Under the pieces are notes generated by a model, which made no database searches, had not been told where the DNA came from, and saw only the letters and a program-made list of their open reading frames with translations. From Camelus ferus (lineage: Eukaryota), in assembly GCF_009834535.1 (NCBI RefSeq), contig NC_045697.1, forward strand, positions 105,340,001 to 105,404,000: 64,000 nt of DNA. The letters run 5' to 3'. The position numbers and the translations under genes are program-made. This document shows, piece after piece, positions 55,504-64,000 of this stretch (position 1 is the first letter of the stretch; each line of letters opens with the position of its first letter).

Positions 55504-55661
55504 GGGGAGGGGGAAGGCAGAGGTCAGTGGTAGAGCACATGCTTAACATGCATGAGGGCCTGGGTTCAGTCCCCAGTACCTCCATTGTAAAACAGATAAA
55601 CACATAAATAAATAAACCTAATTACCTCACTCTCCCCAATAAAAAGCATAAACAAAAAAAA
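55504..55661 (+). mobile_element. Vic-1-like SINE with extended tail
   Basis: gtcagtggtagagcacatgcttaacatgcatgagg...ggttcagtccccagtacctcc. Exact 15-bp TSD core aacaatactatttct at 55489-55503 and 55671-55685. Confidence 0.88.
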
Positions 55662-58184
55662 GTTTGGGTTAACAATACTATTTCTTATAGTAAGAAACTC
55701 TAATCTCACAAAATTTTCTCTGTACCTCTTTAATGGCATTTATCATTTTCCATTCACAACTATCAGCACACATAGTATCTTTGCTCCTAGACTACGAGCT
55801 CCTTGAAAACAGAAACATAGCCTAATAATCGGTTCAGAACCACCGTTAAGTAATTGATTACAATTTATTTCTGTTCTTCCCAAAAAGACTTTAAAGTGGC
55901 TTAGAAGGACACAAAATAATGGCTAATGACTCAAATTAGAAGACAGTGAAGAAAAAAAGTTAGAGAGATATAATAGAAACTTGAGACTAGTAGGTTATCA
56001 ATAAAGGCTTGCTAAAAAGTAAATCAATTTTCTTTACATAAGATTTGCCAGTGGGTTCAACCTTAAAACAAGCCGTGTTTGCTTCCTCACGCACGAGCCT
56101 CTCCCAGTGGTGATGTCCATGCCTCACCTTCCTTCTTTACTCCCTGTTTTCACCCCTCCCCAGATCTGGTCGTGCTTTCTTAAGTGCTCCATTAGAACTG
56201 CCCTTGTCTGCCACAAGCTGAGCCTCCTGACCACAGTGCTGGTTCTAGGCGTGGTTAATTATTTCAAGCCAACCCCAGCAGAATCCTTCTCTTGGATTTT
56301 TGGAGCTGGGGCAAGAGGTGAGTCTTTTCTCCATGGATGGTCAACAAGAAATTGGCTGAATCACCATCATCCCTGGATAGAGAAAACTGATTTTCAGGAG
56401 AGAAAATTGAAGCCACCCTCTAGAAATAAGCAGAGATCGGAAACAGAGAGAGAATTCTGATAGTATTTGAACCCCTGGTTCTTGTTTCTAAGACCCCTCT
56501 CAAAGCTTCCCCCACGCCCTGCCTTCTAAAGCATATTCATGAGTCTCTTTTGATTTTTATTGGAATAAGTCCAAACCCTTGGGTCTAATGATCTAGCATT
56601 TCCAGCACCCAGTCAGCCTTATCTTGCTTCTAAATTCTCTGTTGAGAGCTGCCTTCTCCCAGATACCAGGCTCTTTCTTTCCTCTGTGGTTTTCTTAACA
56701 GCTATTTCCTTACCTCAGATGACCTCCTGCCTCCTCTCTCTGCAATACTAATTCAGGCCTTTCTTTAGGGTCCAATTCAAGATCTATCTCTTCCATTAAA
56801 ACCCTTCTTGCTTGATCTTTTCCTTCTCTGAACTACTGTAGCCCTTACTTCCCCAGCTTTTGCCATGCTGTCTGAAACAGATTTATTTTTCTGCCTTGGT
56901 TTGTTCTCTTTTGTGTTTTCTGTGTGAGAAAATCTGGGGGTTGGTTTATTACTTATAAATTTAACTGCCATTAAAAAAATGGTATCTCCTCCTTTGTTTG
57001 TTAGCACCTTGATTTGTTTGGGAACAAGAGTTTGGGTCAAGGACTGAGGGAGCACTGAATTGATCTGCATAAAAAAAGAGCTGAATATGATGTTCTTGTA
57101 AGAAATTCAGAAAAGGAGACACGAGGAGCAGAGAGGGGAGACTGGGAGGGAGGGGGCTGTGGAGCAGTCAAGAGAAGGTTGTGCATCGCCCAGTGTGATC
57201 ATTCTCCACGATCCTCAATTGCTCAGGAAATTAACATAAACTCAGAGAATGCTGGGAGAGCAGTATATTTTGTGCAAATTGGTGAAGGGATAGATTTTGA
57301 GGTGTAGATTGTCAAGGCGGGGAAGACAGCAGCAGCACATGCGGATGTAGGTGCTGTAGACAGAGTGACCACCATGAAAGGTAGGACCCCCTGGGGATTT
57401 GCAGAAAGCTTGAGAAGAGTTTTGAAATTCAACCAGGTCTGGATTTGGGGCTTCAAGCCGAAGGGTAGGAGATTCCAGCAAACACCTGGGTTATAAGTGT
57501 TTATTACTTTAGTGTTAGATACATAGTCTTCCTTTCCCATATTGACTGTAAGTCTCATGACATAGGGACCATGCTGCCTTCTGCCTCACCTAAAACACTC
57601 TCCCCACTCTTTCCTACTTTCCAGATCCTACTTATCCTCAAATTCCAGCACAAGACACTGTTCCTTGAGGAAACCTATGATGACTCTCAATCAATCTCCA
57701 ATTATCTTTCTTCTCAAAACTTGAATTGCATTTATAGCTTGTACCATGCCACAGAGCACTGATTATTGCCCTAGTGATCTTATGATGGTTAATCTTCTCA
57801 TAAGCACCTTCAGGACTGAAAGGTGATTATAATTTTTATAGAATGGGTGTTCAGTACTTATTAAGCATTTAAGAAGTCCCTCCCCTAAGTGGATTCACAA
57901 AGGGCAGCAGTTTTATTTGGTTTCCTATTCTTGCCCCAAGGTCAGAACATTGTCTGGAAAATATTAGGTACTAATGAATGTTTGTTGAATGACTGAATGA
58001 TGAATATCAGTCTGCCAAACTTTATGACTCTCAATAGGGAATACCAGTCTTTTTCTTTCCCACCTAACGTTTAAGTGCTTTTCATAACTCTTTTGAATCT
58101 CATAACTGTACTACTTTTGTTGGATTTCTTAGCCTTTTAGATAGTTTCAAATCCTAGCTCCTTTATTAAGGCATCTGTCACTCT

Positions 58185-58302
58185 TTTTTTGGGGTGAGGG
58201 GAGGTAATTAGGTTTACTTATTTAGTAGAGGTACTGGATATTGAACCCAGGACCCCATGCATGCTAAACATGCACTCTACCACTAAGCTATACCCTACCC
58301 CC
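58185..58302 (-). mobile_element. Vic-1-like SINE
   Basis: gaggtactggatattgaacccagg...ctataccctacccc. TSD aggcatctgtcactct (58169-58184) and aggcatccgtcattct (58303-58318). Confidence 0.88.
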
Positions 58303-58504
58303 AGGCATCCGTCATTCTGAAGGCACTGCACTTATATCCAACCACGTTTTTGCCAAATTTAACCTGTTTAGACTGAAAGAGAAAACAGGGCAGCAATGCA
58401 TATGCATAGCCTCTCCTTGACTTTCATGATCCCTTGGGTGGACCACACTATTGAAAAAGTGGGACTTGGGCATATATATGGTCAAAAAGAATGTCTCTAA
58501 AGAC

Positions 58505-59710
58505 ACAGCATTTTGATAAATGGAAATATTCAATATCATAAAGATATCAATTATACTGAAATTAATAGATAAAAATGTGATACAATTTCAACCAAAATTC
58601 CAACAGAGAATTTTATTTGATGGAAGTTAACAGGTTGAGTCTAAAATTCACTTGATATAAAAGGTTGAGAATAGCCAAGGTAATTTTAAAGAAGAACAAA
58701 GGAAAGGGACTTGACTTCTCAGATATCAAGATTTATTGCAAGATCATAGTAATTAAATCAGAATACTGTCAGTGTAGAGATAGACAAATAGGCTAAACAG
58801 AACAGAGGGCTCAGCACATGCACACACACACGCAGAAGTGGCATTACAAATTAGTGTGAATATCAGTTTGGGGAAAATGCTGTTGGGACAGCTGATGGAC
58901 CGTATTGAAAAGAAAATATCTACTGTGTCATACACAAAATTAAAATAAACTCCAGGTGGATGAACGGGTCAAAGTGAAAAGCAAAACCCATAATACCTTC
59001 AAGAAAAATACAGTGAACGTTTAAGATTTGGGGTAGAGAAAATTTTTCTAAATAACACAGAAAATTCAGAGGCCCTAAAGGAAAGAAGATGAATATATTT
59101 GACTGCATTAAAATTTGGGGCTTATTTATAAAAAAGACATCAAGGTAAAAGGCAAGTCACAGACCAGGAGAAGATATTTCAAACTGTGTATCTGACAAAG
59201 AGTGGCATCAGGATTGTACATTTTCTAAGCTCAGTTAGAAAAAGATCAAGAATTCAATGGGAAAAAATGGGCAAAGAGAAGAATAGGCAATTACAGAAAA
59301 AGAAAAAGAAATGGTTGTTTGAGTTCAGCTCTGCTCATATTCCAGAGATATACAACATCTAATAAAATTGAGAATGTATATGCTCTATTTTCTTGGGATT
59401 CTTGTTTTAGGCATATGTATATTAGAGAAACTCTTGCATATGGAAACGAGTGGGTATGTACAAAGAATCTCAGCAAGATTATAATTATTAAAAAGTTGGA
59501 AAAAACCCAAATTCTCATTAATAGGGGGATAAATCAGTACATTGTGGTGTTTTCCCAAAATCAGTTAAAGTAAACAATTAGGGCTACGTGAGTCAACATG
59601 AATAAACCTCAAAAACATAATTTGAAGGGGAAAAAAAGCAAATTGTGGAATGTGTATTTATATTAAGTTTAAAAATACACAAAACAATATCATATTATTC
59701 AAAGACCTAT
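58505..59710 (+). mobile_element. Degraded L1M ORF2 and 3' remnant
   Basis: 'tgagaatagccaaggtaattttaaagaagaacaaa...ggacttgacttctcagatatcaaga' and 'atatttgactgcattaaaattt'; no open frame. Confidence 0.75.
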
Positions 59711-59714
59711 GTTG

Positions 59715-60450
59715 TACAGTATAGCAGACTGGGTTCCCCATAAAGCAGATTCTGAGACAGAGATTAGCAGGCTGGAGGTTCCCTAGGGAGCGCATTTGGG
59801 AACATCTTTTGGGAAGGAAGTGAAGAAGCAGGACTGGGGAGAGGGAAGGTTTGGGTCATGATGGGGTCTTAACAAAGGCCTCAGTCAACCCCTTTGAAAG
59901 CCTGTGAAACTGGGATAGTTACTCAGAATCCTCCTGAGCTGGAGGGAGGGCCCTGGCTTTTAGACACCTGCAATGATGAGTCATAGGATGCAGGGAAAGG
60001 TGCATGACCTTGAGGGAGGCAGCTGACCTCAGCCTCTGGCTAGTCATTAGGAACATATGCACAAATATTCTGATTTTCTTCTCGGGGACATGTGATGACA
60101 TTATACTTCCCCATGTCCTATGAGTTAGGGAGGTAATGTGCTTTGGCCAATAAGATGTGACCAGAAGTTGTATGGGCCACTTTGGGGTAGAAACTTTTAA
60201 TAATCCACGTGTGATTCTCTAAATTCCCTTCCCCTTGTGAATGTCACTGTCCTCTGTGACATTCCAGATCGATGGAAGCCCTTCCACCTGCATGGCTGGT
60301 TGAAGACCATGTGGAGCAGTGCACTCAGCCATCTCTGATTGGCATTAGGCATGAAGGAAAAATAAACACTATCAGTTTTGATTCACTAATATATTGGGTT
60401 TTATTTTTTTTTTGGTCACTGCTGCACAATAACCTAGGTATCCCAACTAT
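59715..60450. mobile_element. Two adjacent old LTR remnants (LTR16-like, then MLT1-like)
   Basis: 'aagcagattctgagacagagattagcagg' and 'tttggccaataagatgtgaccagaag'. Confidence 0.55.
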
Positions 60451-63400
60451 ACTCCATCTTGATTCCTCCAAATATCACTTTTGCCTCCTTTGAGCTCGCT
60501 GCTTCTTGCCTTTTGTATTTACTCAAGTCTTCCTTGTCTTGCTTCCTAGATCAGGGTTTCACAAAATGAAAGTGTTCTGCAGAAAACTAGTCATGTGAGC
60601 TGCTCTCCAAAATCATGGTTTTTATGGCCGGCTAGGTAGGAAACCACATACTTTATCACTCTCTCAGGGACTTATAATTGCTCATTAGCATATTACATTT
60701 CCAGAGCAGTCTTTCCATAAAGAAACCTGCTTTAACTAATTTTAATCTTCCATTTCACAAACTCATTTGACTATGGAACCCTAAAAATAAAATCTATTAA
60801 CATCTGAACACATTTTTGGAAACTATGCCCTAAGCAATCTTCCTTTTTCCATTCCAAATTAAACACATCCAGCGGGTCTACTTAGAAGAGAAGAGAATGG
60901 AACTGGGACTTGTGCACAATGGGTTCAAGAGCTAAAAGCCCTTCTACAAGCATCAGAGTTCAACAGATGTGACTTATAAAGAACAAGCAGAACATTCATT
61001 TGGCTTCAAAATCGATCGACACACATATCTGATATTCAGACTAGGAAACACAAATATGTATGGGGTACGTTGTCCTTCATCACGTAAATCACGTCAAGCT
61101 GGCAAAGTAACATCTAGGCACACAGAAAGCAGAATATAAGGACGTAATCACTGTCACATGAGTGGGTATAGACAGAACCTTGAGGATGTCTAAGATCGCA
61201 TGATAAGTGAGGGCCAGAGCTGGTGTCTGTATTCCATATATTGGATCCGAGAACCACAGAGTCACTGAGTCAGGGAAGACTCACCCTTGGTTATTATTCT
61301 AAATCTCTTACCTGAAGTGTGATATCAAAGTACTTACATCCTAGGCAATAAACAATGAGAGTGATTAGCATTTCTGTATATTTCCATCATGGCGTCAGAA
61401 AACAAAAGAATTGCTGCCAGTTTTCCAATCTGGCAAAGTTCAAAAAATGCCTGCCTGCCTGCCTACCTTATCAATGTAGCAAATTATAGCACTGCTTGTT
61501 GGCTGAGACAATGGCCCAGTCAGAATGAGGAGGCAGGGCAGACGGCTGCCTGTGCCTTTATGAAAAAATTTTTTTTTACTTACTGAATTTAGATGAGTTA
61601 AGAAATTACTTCCTTTGAATGAAAACTCCATATTTTAATAAATTAGAGTGGTCGACAACCTGGAATGGATGGAGCAGAATGTTACATAATTTCTAACCTC
61701 CTCCTCTTCCTTTTTATGTGTTCTGAATGAAAAGGAAATTATTTTGGCAGACAGGAAGAAAAGACAAAAACTTTAAAAGAAACACAAAGTCTTGCTTTTG
61801 CCTACACACGTAAGAGTTTGAGATAGGATTAAAATTCACAGTGTGATGTATTAGAGACTCAGAATCCAGATATTTTGAGAGTAGATGGCTCAGCAAAAAC
61901 ACGAATTACTTTTAGACCCAATCTATTATTTATTATTTCAATTTATAAAAAATGCACCCAATGCATCTTTGGGATGAAGAGTTCAAAGTCATTGTGATTG
62001 TTTAGTTGGCTTCTCCCTGGCATTTAGAAATCTGCATACTTTATGTTGACTTGAAGTTGTGTTCTAGAGGCGATTGTCATGTCATAAAAACAAAAACTTA
62101 CTTTTCAAGAATAAAATTCAGTGTCAGCATAAATAGATAAATTACTTTGAAGTTACCCATCAAATGATATTCTATCAATAAGGGATTTTCATTAAATTAT
62201 AAGGGATGGCTGCTGAGATGTGGTGTGGGCATCATGTTTATCACTATAATTGAGCATTCCTGCTGCCTTCAAGCCAGATTAAAAAATCCTCCACAGAATT
62301 AACAGTGCGAACCCCATTATTTGTACATTGAAGTAGTTAATGTCTTTAGTTGGGTCATCTGTGCTTCCATTAAATGACCATTTCTAACACCTCCCTTCTT
62401 CCTCACTCCAGTGCTCGCACCCTCTCCCAGCTTCCAAGTCTCTGGTCTGCTTTAGAGACTCAGTTTTCCAACCTGTAAAAAGAGAACTTGGCTAGGCTGG
62501 GCTCAAAAGTTTCCCACGTCACTTGAGTTGGAGATTAGTAACAATTCTTAGAAAGTTCTCATTTTGATTCTGAGACTCTTCTTTCTAAAAAATATTATAA
62601 TGATGAAAAATAGTGTTCTCATATTAAAAATTAATTTTAAGTGCCACATTTAATTGAAAAATATTACTTTGAGATCAATTTCTTTCTTTTTTCTTAAAAT
62701 ATATTGTATGTCAGTAGATAAGGAAAATTGAACTGTCTTTTAAGAGCTGAATTGTAGATCCCTCCACACATAAATATTTAAATCTTGAGACTGGGTTTTG
62801 CTTTCTATTTGATTTTTCATTGTTTCTTTCTTGTATCTTGTACATATCTGATGGGGTGCAATTATTTTCAAATACAGTAACAGTAATCACAGTTCAGCTG
62901 TGTAATAAATATAGTTTGTTGTTCTCTATATTAAAGGTGAAAGAGTTTAATACATTTATAAATTCATAAATCAGCAGCCAGTTTGGCAAACTTCTTGTAT
63001 TAAATTAGACAGCCTTTAATTATTAAGAGAACTAGGTGGTGAGTGAGATGCTAATTAAAGCCCCAGCAAACAGCTACTCTCCATTTCCGATTTATAATTC
63101 AGTGTCCATCAAAAAAAGGCAAATAAAGGTCACTGTATCTTCTCACATCTGGATATCTAGGAAAGAAATCTGGCTGTCAAGTCTAGCATCATTTGATCTA
63201 AATCTGGATATAAACAAATAAGCATATAAAACAATGAAACAAATAAATGATAAAACTCCAGAAAATGAGATTTCAAAATTGACAAGGAGACTAGACAAGC
63301 TACTTAGAAAAGTACATTTTAATTTTTGTGCAAACAGTGAAAGCAGTGTGGCATTTTCAAATAGCAGGTAAACAGACATTTGTGCTGCTGCACCACCCAT

Positions 63401-64000
63401 TCAGCATCCCTGCATCGCATCAATACAACGTATCAAGCTATGTGGGACAGAAATAGATGCCTAAAAATTGAGTTCACGTTTTATCTTGCTCATCATGTGA
63501 AGGTGAATGAAAATAATTCAAAAGCTTAATCTCTACAAACTACTTATCATGGGGCACTTTATGAAATACTGGTTTCAAACAGCATTTAGAATATCAACTC
63601 TGGCATGAAGAATCAGCGATCCCATTACCTGGTACAGCGAAGTGATTTTAAAGCTACTTTAGTTCGCTCAGTCTCGAGTTGATAGAGGTGATAGAACCAC
63701 CTTCCAGGAAGAGGTTGGGTGAGTTCCTATGAGGCTGCCTACCTAGAAATTTCTCAGGCCAAAATTCATAGCCTGTTAAACACGGCTGCTGCTTTCTTGG
63801 CACTGCCTTCAGGAAAGCATGGCACCACCCCACGTGCTCTTGTGAAATGCCCTGCTGCCCAGAGTCTGAGGAAATGGCAATTGAAAGGACCACGCACGTT
63901 TTCTCTTAAGATTTCAACCCTGGCTTGGGTGTACTGGAATTTAATAGGAGCGAAGAATTTCGTCTGGTTCACCTGATTCATCAAAGCAACCCTAAGGTGG

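Overview
Mammalian genomic DNA, most likely from a camelid (camel, alpaca or llama), judged from six Vic-1-like tRNA-derived SINEs. The window holds the 5' end of NR3C2 (mineralocorticoid receptor) on the minus strand. The large coding exon 2 (30225-31986, ATG at 31984) encodes the N-terminal domain. Two untranslated first exons sit in a bipartite CpG island at about 37.1-41.0 kb: exon 1-alpha (donor at 37258) and a probable exon 1-beta (donor at 39589). Bases 1-30224 are intron 2 and ~41.1-64 kb is upstream intergenic sequence; both are rich in L1, L2, MIR, MaLR/ERVL LTR and hAT remnants. There is a 100-N assembly gap at 24340-24439. The most interesting signal is a dense set of start and stop codons around the MR start. 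Exon 1-alpha carries a 43-codon overlapping uORF that ends in an AUGA stop/start overlap, followed by a 3-codon ORF ending 2 nt before Met15. Exon 1-beta carries a Met-Ser-stop uORF ending 7 nt before Met1. Together these could link promoter choice to the MR-A/MR-B isoform ratio; this is a hypothesis. A GC-directed substitution cluster also appears in the N-terminal domain. All human comparisons are from memory and need an alignment. Repeat family names and boundaries are by eye.
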